Origin: Octopus vulgaris
Taxonomy: Eukaryota
Assembly: GCA_951406725.2 (NCBI GenBank)
Contig: OX597822.1
Location: forward strand, 63,178,001 to 63,242,000
Direction: 5' to 3'
DNA length: 64,000 nt
Shown here: piece after piece, positions 12,651-26,205 of the stretch
How the letters are laid out: each line of letters starts with the position of its first letter
Position numbering within the stretch: position 1 is the first letter of the stretch
Position numbers and translations under genes: made by a program
The notes under the pieces: generated by a model
Told to the model about the DNA's origin: nothing
Database searches by the model: none
The model's input: the letters and a program-made list of their open reading frames with translations, nothing else

Positions 12651-14124
12651 CGCTTGTCCCTACCTGAGATTCGAAACTGAATCTGTAAATTCTCCCTAGC
12701 CATACGACCTATTGTTCTGTCAAGGATAAACGCTGATATATGTGTTTTCCACTTGTCTCTTAACCTTTTCAATGCCATGAAATAGATAAGTAACCTACAT
12801 TAATTTAACCATTATCAGAATGGTATATCCATCTTTATAGCTAGTCTGCATAGTTATAAATACCAGAATTCTCCAAGGAAAAAATGAGTTAGTGAGAGCA
12901 ACCGACAAAGAGCAGGCTGTCTGATTGGAAATACCGTCTCGACAGAACTTCATACAGGGACAGCTATAGAATTCACCAACGATACAGTTGTCCCGTCCAC
13001 CACTCTCTTACTTTCTCACTCGCTCACTTCCGACAACATTACTTGATCTATTTAGTTACGACTGTTAGAACGACAGGGGATGAGTAAGTCTAAGGCTGTC
13101 TACCCTTTTACAAGAAAATATAACTCTCGTTACCTCGTATGCTTTCCCACTGTTTTTATACACACCTGCCCGTCGTGGTTTGGCTTTAATTATATGTAAT
13201 GGAGAAATAAATATGTTACCTACAACTTCTTTCTTTCATAGAGTCAACATTATCAGCTTTGCTTTCAACATAGACAACAACCGTTACATTATCATAACCA
13301 CTTCGTTACACCTATCAAGTGTGTGCCCGTTGGCCCCTCTAGAGATGACCAGAGCGTCATCTCTGTAGAGACCGAAGAGACTGCAGGGAATTTGTAATTC
13401 AGATACAATGATTTGTCCCCAAATATTTATTGTGATCGCACTGATAACTGAACAATTCAATAAAAACTTGAAAGTTTTGAGATACAGTTAATTGCCTTCT
13501 TTAGCTGTGTCAGTAGTTAGGTCCTGTTAGTGTTGCGAAAAACAGAGGGAAATTATTTTTAATATAAAAAAGAAAATTATTTTTGAAAGTGATAAAATTA
13601 TTTTTAAGATAAACTAAATTACATACATAATATTTTCATTGTTAAATATTTTCGCTTTAGTCAACATGTATTGAATCACAGACAGAAAATGCTTTTATTC
13701 TGTGGTGCATGCAGTGAACCTTAACTGCAATACTTATCATAATAAATCATTAAGGCCTAAAAGCATTTTGAATTTTTTGAGGAGATGGCGAAACGAAAGT
13801 ATTCAATAACGAAAGCATTATAATAGTGCATTTAACAAGTACATACAGGAAGTAGTACAATATCTTACAGTTTATCATATTTAATAATATCTTAAGCGGC
13901 TCGTGTGTCTCCCAAACTTAACTGACTTCAGTTAACTAATATTACTGGTATTTTAAAATATTGATCAGTAGCAATTAGTAAATAAATTTCAAATAATATC
14001 CTAAAAACTATTCATACAACTTTAAATGTCATTTGACTTGACTAGTGGTATTCATACTAATGAGTATAACTCTTCAGTGTTTTTCAACATCGTAAGCGGC
14101 ATAAAGCTAACTTCTAAAAAGAAT

Positions 14125-14258
14125 ATGGCGCTGTCCAGTTTTAATGTTCCTAACGGTAAGCTGGATATTTGGGGAAATGGTCTTTGTCCCGGGCAGATGC
14201 AACGTTCTCCTTACGCTGCCTCATACGCTGAAGAGATGAATCCAGTTAAACAAACCCT
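14125..14258 (+). CDS. PSMB4: PSMB4 exon 1 (propeptide)
   Basis: [16 protein letters not shown]...PVKQT; donor CT|GTAAGT. Confidence 0.88.
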
Positions 14259-17200
14259 GTAAGTATTTTCTACTAGCTTTGCTACCTGCCGTCTTATTAT
14301 TCCTGATGTATGTTCAAAGCGGTGTCAGTGACACAGCACTATTCCATTGTATGTCTGTATAACGATTTTCTTCGTATATTTGTTAATTTGTTCGGATTAC
14401 TCCCGTTGTTTATATTCATTGTATACAACATATCTATGTAATCTACAAAAATAGGCACCTAATTATTATTATTATTATTATTAAAAATCATTCTATGGCT
14501 TTCGGTTACTCAGAAGTGCGCTTGTGATGTGTAGATGTCAGCTTCCGAAAGTGATTAAAGCATATCTTTCTTAAATTGTATTCTCAACGTACATTATTAC
14601 TATCAAATATAGGTACACTGTAAACTATTCGGATAATATTTCTTGACGAGTTATTTTTTTTGTTTCTTCTTTTTTATATGGATGAATTTAGTTTCGGTAA
14701 TTGAGCAAACTTATGACCAAAGACGTTCCAGTACTGACCATCCTGTATTTATTCCGATAGTGTATCTAGGATCACATTATCTTGTGTCCTTTTTTAAAAC
14801 AAGAAAGGCTCCAGTAATATTTGGCTGCTATTTTTAACAGTTCTAATGCAAGACCATTGACATTCCTACACAAGTATGCCCCCACTTCACTTTGTTTCCT
14901 CATAACTTCCAGAAAAATGAATATTTTTTTAATGCAATTTTTTTACAAATATGCTTCAGGTGGTGCAGATTATTATAATATCAGAATTTGTGAAAAAAAA
15001 TTTTTCCGATTGTGAGATCGGAATTCCTGAAAATCCACAAAAGTTGGCTTTGTTTCTTCATAACTTTAAGAAAATTGGGTACTTATAATATGAAATTTTC
15101 TACAAATATTTTTCAGATGGTATATCGGAATTTAATATGAATAAAAAAAAAATGGTGAGCTCGCACACATACATACCAACAAACATCACAATTTTTCAAG
15201 TTTCATTTTCCATGTGTCAGAATGCATGTGTGCAAGCCTACCAATTTTTTTTCCTATTAAATTCCGATATAATTGTAATAAGCATAATGTAAAAGGTATT
15301 TTACAGAAAATTTCATTAAAAATATTCGTTTTGGGGAAAAGTTTTGAGGAAACAAAACCAACTCTAGTGAATTTTCAGAAACCTCTCTCCCCACCCTCGA
15401 AAAACCTTTCTCAAAACAAATTCGTTATAACTGGAATCTACATCATCTGTAGTATATTTGTAGAAAATTTTATTAAAATACACCCATTTTTCTGGAAGTT
15501 ATGAGGGGCACACTCGTGTAATTATGCCAGATCTTTTTAAAATGTGCTAAAAACATAAAACATAGAGCGACTAGGTAAAAAGAAAAAAATGTTCTTAAAT
15601 ACAAAAGTGCTTATTCAAATGAATTTAGAGCGAAATTATACACAATTCAAGCAAACTAAAAATTGACAACATCTGCGGCACTTAAAAGGAGGAGAGGTTC
15701 ATTAAGTTCAGTTACTGTAAGAAGTGTAGAATTTGTTTCAGGCTCTTTTTTTTTTTTTTTTTTTTTGAATGGTGTATCTTTGTAAATTGGACAGCAAAAT
15801 GGATACAATACAAAGTGGTCAGTGTATTCATGACCAGACTTTCGAATGACCAAGTACATTTTGCTATTTCGGTTAAGTTACTGTTAACATAATTAAACAT
15901 CTCATTTATAAATTACTTGAGTTGTTTTTACGTGCAGGTTGCATGTAAAAAGCACCTTTCTAGCATTGGGCCACATGGAGGTAAAGTGGCCAATGCCAGT
16001 GGCACCTGGAAAGCTCTTTTCAAGTGTTGGGCCTCCCAGAGGCAATGACTGAGACCTTTGGCATTATGTCATACTTGATAAGACCCATCAAGCCAAGTAA
16101 AATTGCAGCTGTGACAGATAATGGTACCCATGCTGGTGGCACATAAAAGCACCCATTACACTCTCAGAGTGGTTGGTGTTAGGAAAGGCATCTTGTCGTA
16201 CAAACCATTCCTAATCAGACTGGGGTCTGGTGCTGCCTTCCAGTGCCAGCCCTGGTCCAACAGTCCAACCGATGCTAGCATAGTCAATGGACACTAAATG
16301 ATGATGATGATGTTATCAGGGCTTTGTTTCAATGCTAAACTGTACTGTATCCTTATATATATCTTCGTGAACAGCAAAATAGGGGTTAGTCAAGCTGTTT
16401 CAATCTTGTATTTGGATTTCATCAGCTCATAAATTGACTCTTTAAATACTTCAAGGTGGTGCTCCAGTATGGCTGAAACAAATAAAAAAAATACAGACAG
16501 AGTGGTGTTACACAAACAAATGTAATTAAATGCTCACACACATAAACAGAGAGAGAGAGAGAGAGAGACGTTGCAATTTATTAATTGAACATAACAACAT
16601 TTTCCCTCTCCTCATACACATAAAGAAAAATATGCTGACACATCAACAGAGAGAGGGCTCAAACAAGAAATGTCAAATAAGTCAGTGGTAAATCAGCAAT
16701 GCCAAATAAGCTGTGCCAAAATGTTTCCTATCCTTTGCAGTGTCAGCAATTGTCTGGAGCTGAAGTATTTTCTGTCTGACTCTGGAGAGAAGGACCAATT
16801 TTTGAGATGTAGTTCTAGCTATATTAAGGATGTGTTTTCACTTGGCTCTTGGTGATAGTGAAGCCTAACATTTGAATTGGCTATGAGGGCTCTAGTTAAG
16901 TGCTGCTCATGCTTAAGAAGTGAGGTGCTTGTGAATTTTTGCTGTTGGAAGAGACAAGATTGGTATGGTCTACTGGCAGGTACTTTCAAGTCCTCTTCTC
17001 AAAATCAGTACTAATTTGACATGTTGCACCTGGATTGCATGGGGATATGTGGTTAAGAATGGTTAGGATAGAATGAAAAGCTGTATCATCTACATAAGAG
17101 TGCATATTGTTGGATATGATGACAAGAAGGTTATTTATATTTATATGTTACGTTCCAACCTCTCATCACTTAGCACAAGGTCACCTCCTTCAATCTCGCC

Positions 17201-20200
17201 TCTCTCCGTCTCGAAGGGTCTTTGTTTTGCAAGTTACTTGGTGACCCTCCCAGTGCTGGTTCATCTAGCCCACTCTGTAAAGTGATTGGTGTTTAGAAGA
17301 GTGTCCAGCTGTAAAACCCATGCCAAAACAGGCCTTGCTGATGCTGGTGCTACATAAAATGCATTCAGTCCACTGTCTGAGGTGGTTGATGTTAGGAAGG
17401 ACATCCAGCTGTAAAAACAATGCTAAAGTAGACAGTGAAGTCAGATGCAGTCTTCTGTCTAACCAGCCCCTGTCAAACCATCCATCCCATGTTAGCATGG
17501 AAAATGGATGAAAATGGAAGGCACAGGAGTGGCTGTGTGGTAAGTAGCTTGCTTACCAACCACATGGTACCAGGTTCAGTCCCACTGTGTGGCCCTTGGG
17601 CAAGTGTCTTCTACTATAGCCTTGGGTCAACCAAAGCCTTGTGAGTGGATTTGGTAGACGGAAACTGAAAGACACCCATCGTATATATACATGTGTGTGT
17701 GTTTGTCCCCCCCAACATCGCGTGTGTTTACGTTCCCATAACTTAGCGGTTCGGCAAAAGAGACCGATGGAATAAGTACTAGGCTTACAAAGAATAAGTC
17801 CTGGGGTTGATTTGCTCGACTAAAGGTGGTGCTCCAGTAAAAGAGTAATGATGAAGGAAGTAGGGGTGATAAAACCAGACCCTGGGACATGCCTGAATTG
17901 ATAAAGTGTGAAACTCTTTGAATGCAAACTGGTTGCCTTTATGTTTCATAAGCAAAACAAGATTTGTCAATGTAGCAAATTTGAAATATCTGCCTGTCTC
18001 AGTTCTAATGCCCTTAGACATGCACACAGTTGTACATTATTCTAATGAATTTCTTTGATGTTAAACTATTTTATTTTCAGGTCTCCAATTGTCACTGGAA
18101 CATCTGTTTTGGGTGTTGCTGTTAAAGATGGTATCATACTTGCCGCTGATACTCTTGGCTCCTATGGTAGCTCGGCTCGCTTCAAGAACTGTTCTCGAGT
18201 TATGAAAGTCAATGAATCTACAGTGCTCGCTGCTGGTGGAGATTTGGCTGATTTTCAGTATCTGAAAACTATAATAGAACAACGTGTGTAAGTAACTTGC
18301 TTGTAGACAAAAGAAAAGAAAAATTCCCTTTATATTTATATGAATTTTGTGTACAAATTTATTTCTTAACTTCTATAAATCCAATATAGGCACAAGCTTT
18401 GCTTTGTGGTAAGAAATTTCCTTCCCAACCACATGATTCAGTGTTCAATCCCACTATGTGACACTTTGGGCAAGTGTCTGATTGCTATATTAGCATCCTG
18501 CACAGTTTGAATTCAGATTCTACTAAGTTGATTTTTGCCTTTCATCCTTCAGAGTTGATGAAGTAAGTAGCAATTGAGCACTAGCGTCAGTGTAATCAAC
18601 AAGCCTCCTCCCCATAAAAATTCAGGCCTTATGCCTATTGTAGAAACGATTATTATTATTACCTGGTGTTGTGCAAATGGCACCCATGCCAGTGGTATGT
18701 AAAAGTACCCATTACACTCTCAGAGTGGTTGTCATTAGGAAGGGCATCCAGCTGTAGAAAACCATGCCAAATCAGATGAGTCTGGTGCAGCCTTCCAGCG
18801 AGCCAGCCCAGTTAAACTGCCCAACCCATGCCAGCATGGACAATGGATGTTAAATGGCGATGATTAAAAAGGCCAGCAAGCTGTAGAATCATTAGCATGC
18901 CAAGCAAAATGCTTAGTGACATTTTGTCCAGCTTTAAGTTCTGAGTTCAAATTCCGCTGAGGTCGACTTACCCTCACCAAAACAAGCTGGCAGAATCGTT
19001 AGCATATTGAGTGACATGCTTAGCACCATTTTGTCCTTTATGTTCTGAGTTCAAATTCCACCAAGGTCATCATTGCCTTTCTTTTGAGGTTGATAAAATA
19101 AGTACCAGTTGAGTAAAAAAATTTCTGGCCTTGTGCCTTTAAGAGAAAGGATTATTATTATTATTAGGGTGGCAAGCTGGCACGCCAGGTGAAATGCTTA
19201 GCAGTATTTTGTTTGTTGCTATGTTCTGAGTTCAAATTCTGCTACGGTCAACTTTGCCTATCGTTCTTTCAGGGTCGATGTAATGGACTAGCCCTTTTCC
19301 CCAAAAAATTTTCAAAGCCTTGTGCCTAGAGTGGAAATAATAATAATTAATTATCATTATTAATATTATTTTTATTAAGGTGGCAAGCTGGCAGAATCGT
19401 TAGCACACTGGGCAAAACACTTAGCAGCATTTTGCTCATTACTGCATTCTGATTTCAAATTCTACTGAGGTCATCTTTACCTTTCATCCTTTTGGGGGGT
19501 CAATAAAATAAATACCAGTTGAGTACTGGGGTCGATGTAATCGACTCATCCCTTCCCAAAAATTGCTGCCTTTATGGCAAAATTTGAAACCATTATTATT
19601 ATTATTAACACTGTTTTCTTCAGAAATGATGAGAATTGTTATGATGATGGCTTCAATTACAATCCCCGAAGCTTGTTTTCATGGTTGACCAGAGTCATGT
19701 ACAACCGCAGATCAAAATATGACCCATTGTGGAACACATTTGCCATTGGAGGAATGCATGAAGGAAAACCGTAAGTTGTTTCTCAACTCTGTAGTTTTGT
19801 GGTTTTGATAATTTATAGAGATTTTATGTCTTCGGGATGACAACATTTTCTTTAGTGAGAGACAAATAAGCCATTTTAGTATGGAATAATGTAAAGTGTA
19901 TGTTTGTTTGTTTTTTTTTACTATACAAAGCAGAAGCTATACAAATATGAAATATTCAGTACAACAGAATGAACTGTAGGGAGTGGAAAAGACTAAAGAA
20001 ATAGTCACCTAGAGGTTCTGAGTTCAATCTCATGCAAGGCGCTAAAGTGACTTCACATAAAAAAAATCAACTGAACTGAAAAAATGTCATGAAACACAGA
20101 GAGTGGAATGAGAACAGTATTAGGTTCATTATTCCAATACAAGTGAGTTTGACACAAGACACTTGAAGCAACTGGAGCATACAACAGCCGAAATGCAAAG

Positions 20201-23200
20201 AAAGCAACAATCAAGATGAGAACACCATTCTAACTAATATAAACAGAATACATAATATAAATTCTTCATTTCAGAAATATAGAATTGTATTAAAGAAATA
20301 GTTTGTAGGCGTAGGAGTGGCTGTGTGATTAGTAGCTTGCTTACGAACCACATGGTTCCGGGTTCAGTCCCACTGCATGGCACCTTGGGCAAGTGTCTTC
20401 TACTATAGCCTTGGGCCAACCAAAGCCTTGTGAGTGGATTTGGTAGATGGAAACTGAAAGAAGCCCATCATATATATGTGTGTGTGTCTGTGTTGTGTCC
20501 CCCCAACATCGCTTGGCAACCAATGCTGGTATGTTTACGTCCCTTTAACTTAGCAGTTCGGTAAAAGAGACCAATAGAATAAGTACTAGGCTTACAAAGA
20601 ATAAGGCCTGGGGGTCGATTTGCTCGACTAAAGGCGGTGCTCCAGTCAGATGACTGAGACAAGTAAAAAAAAAAAAAAAAGAGAGAGAAGTAAATTGCTA
20701 GGGGTAGACATGAGGGTTAAGCAATACGTACAGCTTATGTAGTGGTTTTGTTTACTGTGGTAGTGCTTACAAAGCTATCTGAATTAAAGGTTACCAAAGA
20801 GGATCAAAATAGCAGTTTTGGGGATGTTTTTTTCCCCCAAAGATCATCATCTTTATCCGGCTGTAGAAACCATGCCAAAGCGGACATTGGAGCTCAATGC
20901 AGTCCTCCAGCGCATTGAATCCTATCAAACTGTCCAACCCATGCTAACAGGGAAGATGAAGATGGTGATTATTATTAAGGTGGTGAGCTGGCAGAATCAT
21001 TAGCACACTGGGCAAAATGCTTAGTGGTATTTTGTCTGCCACTTCTGAGTTCAAATTCCACTGATGTCGACTTTGCCTTTCATCCTTTCAGGGTCGATAA
21101 ATTAAGTACCAGTGTAGTACTGGGGTTGATGTGATCGACTGTACCCTCCCCACAAAATCCAGGCCCTGTGCCTATATATAGTAGAAAGGATTATTATTAG
21201 GCGGTGAACTGGTAGAATCGTTAGCACGCTGGATGAAATGCTTAGTGGTATTTCGTCCATTGCTTTGTTCTTGGTTCAAATTCCGTCAAGGTCAACTTTG
21301 CCTTTCATCCTTTCAGGATCGATAAATTATGTACCAGTGAAACACTGGGGGGGGGGGGGGGTAATTGACTTAATCCTCCCCCCAAAATTTCAGGCCTTGT
21401 GCCTATATATATAGTAAGGTGGCACGTAAAAAGCACCCACTACACTCACGGAGTGGTTGGCGTTAGGAAGGGCATCCAGCTGTAGAAACATTGCCAGATA
21501 AGACTGGAGCCTGGTGCAGCCTTCTGGCTTCCCAGATCCCTGGTCGAACCATCCAACCCATGCTAGCATGGAGAACGGACGTTAAACGATGATGATGATG
21601 ATGATGATGATTTGACTCAAGCTTGGTCTTATTCCTGGCTGGATTTATGTGGATGGTGGGGTGTTAGCTGTAACCTTAGGTATCCATTAGCTTTCAATAG
21701 TCTTTCAAGTTCTTAGAACCCTCCTGTTAATCCTTCCTGTCCCTAAGAATCAAGCTTTCTGTAGAAACTCTACAGGACATTCTATTCCAATCTCCTTCAA
21801 CCATTTGTTTACATCTTTACTTACATTTCCCAAGGCACCAATTATTATATTCACAGCCTTTACAGTTTTCATATTCCAAGTTCTTGCAATTTCAAATTTT
21901 AAGGGATTATATTTTTTTCATCTTCTTTCTTTATGATCCTGGAATCAAACGGACATGATGGATCAATTAGCAACTTTACTATTATTGTTATTCAGTATTT
22001 TAGGTAGTTTTGTAGAATTAATTGCTTCAACTTATAACATCTTTGTATTATCTGCTTACAGATTCCTTGGCTATGTCGACAAAATTGGCATTGCATATAC
22101 ATCTGACACTCTAGCTACTGGCTTTGGAGCTTATTTGGCTCGTGTAAGTTTGACATTTCTTCTAAATTTATTTTTAATCTTTGTCTCGAATATCCAAAGT
22201 TTTATTTCTAAAGTTGTAAAAGACTAACCCTAATAACCTTTCTGAATTATGTTGCAGCCTATATTAAGAGAAGCTCTTGAGAAAAACCCAGACATGTCAA
22301 TGAGTGAGGCCAAGACTCTTATAACGAAAGCTATGAAAATTCTGTTTTACCGAGATGCTCGTTCCCTTAACAAGGTAAACAGCTGTTTTGTTTGCTAATA
22401 TTCTTATAGTTAAGAACAGTTTTTGCTTACTTTTATAAAAACTGCTTTTTGAAGCAGTACTTCATTGTTAAAGAAATTTACTATCCAAAAATAACTTTAA
22501 AAATATATTATATTTCTTTTTAACAAATTATTGAAGCGATTTGTTAAGATGATGAATTGTCGTTTTAGAAACCATATTAAGATTCTGTCACTTAAATGAC
22601 AGGCTCCATACAGAACAAATATGGGATATTAAACTGTCAGTATACCAAGTAGCACAGTATGTTTCCCTATGGAAGAAAACATAAGGTGTTAATAATTACA
22701 GCAGATTATATAAAAATATAATATATAAATGGCAAATTCATACTGCTGCCCATAAATCAACTTGGAAATGAAATGGTCATCATCATTTAGCATCCGTTTT
22801 CCATGCTGACATGGGTTAGATGGTTTGCCTGGGACTGGTCAGCTGTAGCAGGCTCCAGTCTGACTTGGCTGGATACCCTTCCTAATGCCAATCACTCAAA
22901 AAGTATAGTGGGTGCCTTTTATGTGTCACTGGCACAATATGTCAAACAAATATGATTAACAATTCTGGTGCCCTAGTATGGCCACAGTCTTTAAGCTGAA
23001 ACACATTAAAGAACCTTAATTTACAGTGGAATATTTACTTTCAGAATGACATTGAGTTGTAGACAAGCAAAAATACTCCATCATCATCATCGTTTAACGT
23101 CCACTTTCCATGCTGGCATGGATTGGCCGGTTTGACTGAGGTCTGGCAAGCCAGTGGGCTGCACCAGGCTCCAATCTGATCTGGAAATGTTTCTGGATAC

Positions 23201-25711
23201 CCTTTCTAATGCCAACCACTCCAAGAGTGTAGTGGGTGCTTTTTACATGCCGCGGGCACAGGAGCCAGTCAGGGGATACTGGCATTGACCACGTTTGGAT
23301 GGTGCTTTTTACGTGCCACCTGCACTGGAGTCAAAATAAATGAATTTGCAAAACAAGTGAACACCTGGAGAGATTTGTGTATTTTTCAGTTGAGCTGTTA
23401 GTAAACTATGCTCTGCAACCACCGCGACAAGGTCCAGGCTTTGTTGCAGTGGGGTGGCTAGTGAACCTCCATTCCTTTCAATATAGTCTAGGTGCTCTGA
23501 AAGCATAGTAGCCAGAGTAGCGAAGGCATTGAATGTGATGCATCTGAAGGATGGTTGCTGGTTAAAGATGTGCCAAGTTATTCAAGGGAAAGTAATCTGT
23601 GGAGAAAAGGAAAACGAGCAGATGTGTTGAAAGCTCATGTTAGGATATTGAACCTCAGTGAAGAAATGTCTAACAACAAGCGAAGAAACATGCTGAACAG
23701 GTCAAAGGATAAACACCAGACTAGTGTGGATCACCTCTTCCCATAGAGCCAACATTCTACCTAGAATAAAGCAAAGTTATAGAATCATGGATGACGATTC
23801 TTAACTAACATGACCAGTGAGGAAGAAGGCCTTCCCTTGGGGACACCTCGGAGTCAAGAACAGTGGAGAAAAGTCATCAATGGCCTGTACTCCTAAAGGA
23901 ATGAAAGGCTTTATGAAAAGAAAGAAATATTCATTTATGGAACTTCAAAATATTTGATTTTTGTTTTTCTTCACTATTTTCTTTAGTAGGTTTACAATGT
24001 GGTGCACACTCATACGTAGATACACACGTACATGTATATGAAAATATTATAAGTAGTTCTGGTGTAATAAGGGGTATTGTAAATCCTGTTACTACTGCTT
24101 GTGAAGTACTGATTTGTACAAATGGTATTTGCAGTTGATTTGATAAATTATCGATCAAAATATTTAGAATACAACAAAGGATGAAATGAATAACATGATC
24201 AAACTATTTTGAATCTAGAAACGTTTTGTAAAATACATTGTTTCTGAAGATCTAGAAGTAATACTAAAAAGAGTAGCTTTCTCTGTTTGTTGTTCCTTAT
24301 GCTTAACCCTTAGCATTTAAACTGGCCATATCAGTTGTTCTACCTGTTTTATCTTCAAAGTGACCAGATCCAGCTTTTCATTATCTACTCTAAAATGTCA
24401 TTCTTAAAATAAACACTCATAATTTCGAAATCTCAAAACTACAAGATAATACAGGATTAACTTTAAAAAAGGGAATAAATATTACATTTGATGAAGTAAA
24501 CTGAATGCTAAAGGATTAAGTATTTCACAATAAATATTTCAAATGTAAAATGTTTTAGATTGAATTTACTGATGTTGTTCTTTATTCTTTGTTTAGTTTG
24601 AAATTGTGTCTGTGACTAAAGATGGTGCAACTATAGAGGGGCCACTTTCTGCAAAAGTTGACTGGAGTATTGCACATTTGATCCAGTAAGTAGGTTTTAT
24701 ATACATACATATATATATACCTATTATATAAGTTTTTATTATTATTTTTTGCAATTTACTTAATCTTTGACATTTTATTGTTATTTTAATTTCAATTTTT
24801 CTATTATATGTAGTTTTCTAGATGGTGTAATTTAATTGTTCATTTTGAATTGATAAAAGGTGGTTTTTTTCTAATTTTATATATATATATCTGTTTAGTG
24901 TTGACTTACACAAAAAAACTTATACCTTGCCTGAAGGCCCTGTGCGCCCACAAGTGAAACCACTTTCAGGAATTTTAGTATTGTAAGGTATGGTTGTGTG
25001 AGGGGTGTAGATGTGTTTATCACAAACAGTGACCTGTGGTACTTTCTGAATGGCACATCTGAACAAAAAATTATCCTGGACTTTTTTTAGTAGTGCAGCG
25101 CACCTTAATAACAAACTGTGTCTCATGTAGCTTTTTTTTTTTTGCAGTAAAAAGGTTGTTCATGCCTAATGTAGGTCACTTGTTTAGTATATTTGGACAT
25201 GTCAGAAATGCAGCACATTTGCTGACAAATTTTGTAAAAACTAGTAACGTTCTCACCACTTAGTACCTTGAACTATCATGGTTTGTGTTGCAGAGTAGAT
25301 AAGTTTGAGGTGTGTTCTATTAATTTTGTAGTCCTCAAATTATCTGATTAGATAGCTGCTTTGGGGGTGGGGGTGGGGGGTTAATGGTCACAAGTGTTTG
25401 GAAAAGTTGGTTTGTTAGTCATTGATACCAGTGCAAATTGTTCGGAATAGCAAACAATTGTTAGTGTGAAAGAAGTACATGGGATCATGATTTATAGAAG
25501 ATAGGATGCCTTTCTTAAGAGCATCAATTATATGTGAAACAACCTCAACCAAGAATTAAAACTGAATGGTAGGCATTAGTCCTGTGATATTTTTTTTTAT
25601 TCTTAGTAAAAAGTGTAATTTTTCCTTGCTGATTACTAAAAGAATTTTCTGTATTTATTTTCTTGTCTTCATTTTCTATTTTAATTTTTTATTTGCAGTG
25701 GTTATGAATAA
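14125..25711 (+). CDS. PSMB4: Proteasome subunit beta type-4 (beta7), 262 aa; join(14125..14258,18081..18287,19624..19770,22062..22143,22258..22374,24597..24685,25699..25711)
   Basis: Motifs [79 protein letters not shown]; all introns GT-AG; 789 nt in frame. Confidence 0.97.
14328..14338 (+). promoter_or_regulatory. Candidate antioxidant-response element (CNC/Nrf1 site) in PSMB4 intron 1
   Basis: GTGACACAGCA matches RTGACNNNGCA; same core reversed at 13504-13512. Confidence 0.3.
14869..15518. mobile_element. Tc1/mariner-type MITE
   Basis: TA|CACAAGTATGCCCC...TCATAACTTCCAGAAAAATG versus CATTTTTCTGGAAGTTATGAGGGGCACACTCGTG|TA; internal inverted subrepeats; related sequence at ~27000-28350. Confidence 0.7.
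18081..18287 (+). CDS. PSMB4: PSMB4 exon 2
   Basis: [34 protein letters not shown]...; TTTTCAG acceptor, GTAAGT donor. Confidence 0.96.
18870..19600 (+). repeat. Tandem cluster of ~4 SINE family B copies
   Basis: Repeated GCAAGCTGGCAGAATCGTTAGC...GAGTTCAAATTC heads, some separated by (ATT)n. Confidence 0.8.
19624..19770 (+). CDS. PSMB4: PSMB4 exon 3
   Basis: [43 protein letters not shown]; AG/GT boundaries. Confidence 0.96.
20307..20670 (+). mobile_element. tRNA-derived SINE, family A
   Basis: Matches 4807-5255; further copies at 17519-17847, 27580-27938, 40262-40643(-), 52456-52890(-). Confidence 0.9.
21417..21611 (+). mobile_element. SINE/LINE-tail family C ending in (GAT)n
   Basis: GGCACGTAAAAAGCACCCACTACAC...TTAGGAAGGGCATCCAGCTGTAGAAAC...AACCCATGCTAGCATGG...CGTTAAACGATGAT; many copies (e.g. 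29005-29245, 30911-31237, 33955-34360, 53596-53850). Confidence 0.85.
21612..21954 (-). mobile_element. R4/Dong-like non-LTR retrotransposon 3' end (restriction-like endonuclease)
   Basis: Minus: [44 protein letters not shown]...[16 protein letters not shown]. Confidence 0.8.
22062..22143 (+). CDS. PSMB4: PSMB4 exon 4
   Basis: [27 protein letters not shown]; TTACAG / GTAAGT. Confidence 0.96.
22258..22374 (+). CDS. PSMB4: PSMB4 exon 5
   Basis: [39 protein letters not shown]; TTGCAG / GTAAAC. Confidence 0.96.
24307..24515. mobile_element. piggyBac-type MITE
   Basis: TTAA|CCCTTAGCATT ... AATGCTAAAGGA|TTAA; second copy at 33670-33871. Confidence 0.75.
24597..24685 (+). CDS. PSMB4: PSMB4 exon 6
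   Basis: [29 protein letters not shown]; TTTAG / GTAAGT. Confidence 0.95.
25699..25711 (+). CDS. PSMB4: PSMB4 exon 7 (terminal H-G-Y-E-stop)
   Basis: Long pyrimidine tract, TTGCAG|T GGT TAT GAA TAA; matches the vertebrate ...SGFE C-terminus. Confidence 0.88.
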
Positions 25712-25777
25712 GCATCCAGGATATCATCATTCCAGTCATGTACTTTTTCTTGTATTCACTCTTTTCAATATTTCTTT

Positions 25778-25783
25778 AATAAA
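25778..25783 (+). terminator. PSMB4 polyadenylation signal
   Basis: AATAAA ~67 nt after the stop, followed by a U/GU-rich tract. Confidence 0.65.
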
Positions 25784-26205
25784 ATCAATGTTAAGCTTTT
25801 ATTGTTGTTGTTAATTAAGAATTTTACTTGAACTTAGTTTTGCCCAGTACGTAAAATTTTTTTCATCGTATCCTAGGCTCATCTTTTGCAACTTGGCACA
25901 ATAATTTTTGTTTTTCCTTTTGTTAATTCTTGGTGATGTAAAGTAAATTCTACTGCTAACACTATTTGGACTTTGTGATGCTAAGAAATTAAATCACTGA
26001 GCTAGATACCATAAAACATATGGGCCATTTCTCCATGTCTATTCAAAATCTTTGCCCTTCAGTAATGGAGTTCTTGATGTATTGGAAATATTGTTTGAAG
26101 TAGAATGTCATTGTTCTCTTTCTCTCATCAGTGGGGTCACCAATCTTCTTTTTCCTCTTCTGACTGTCTAGTTAAAAGTATAATTCCTTTCAATATAATC
26201 CAGGT

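Noticed and set aside
14026-14124. Upstream in-frame ATG extending PSMB4 by 33 aa
   Set aside because: No resemblance to orthologues; the 14125 start gives the expected ~262-aa length
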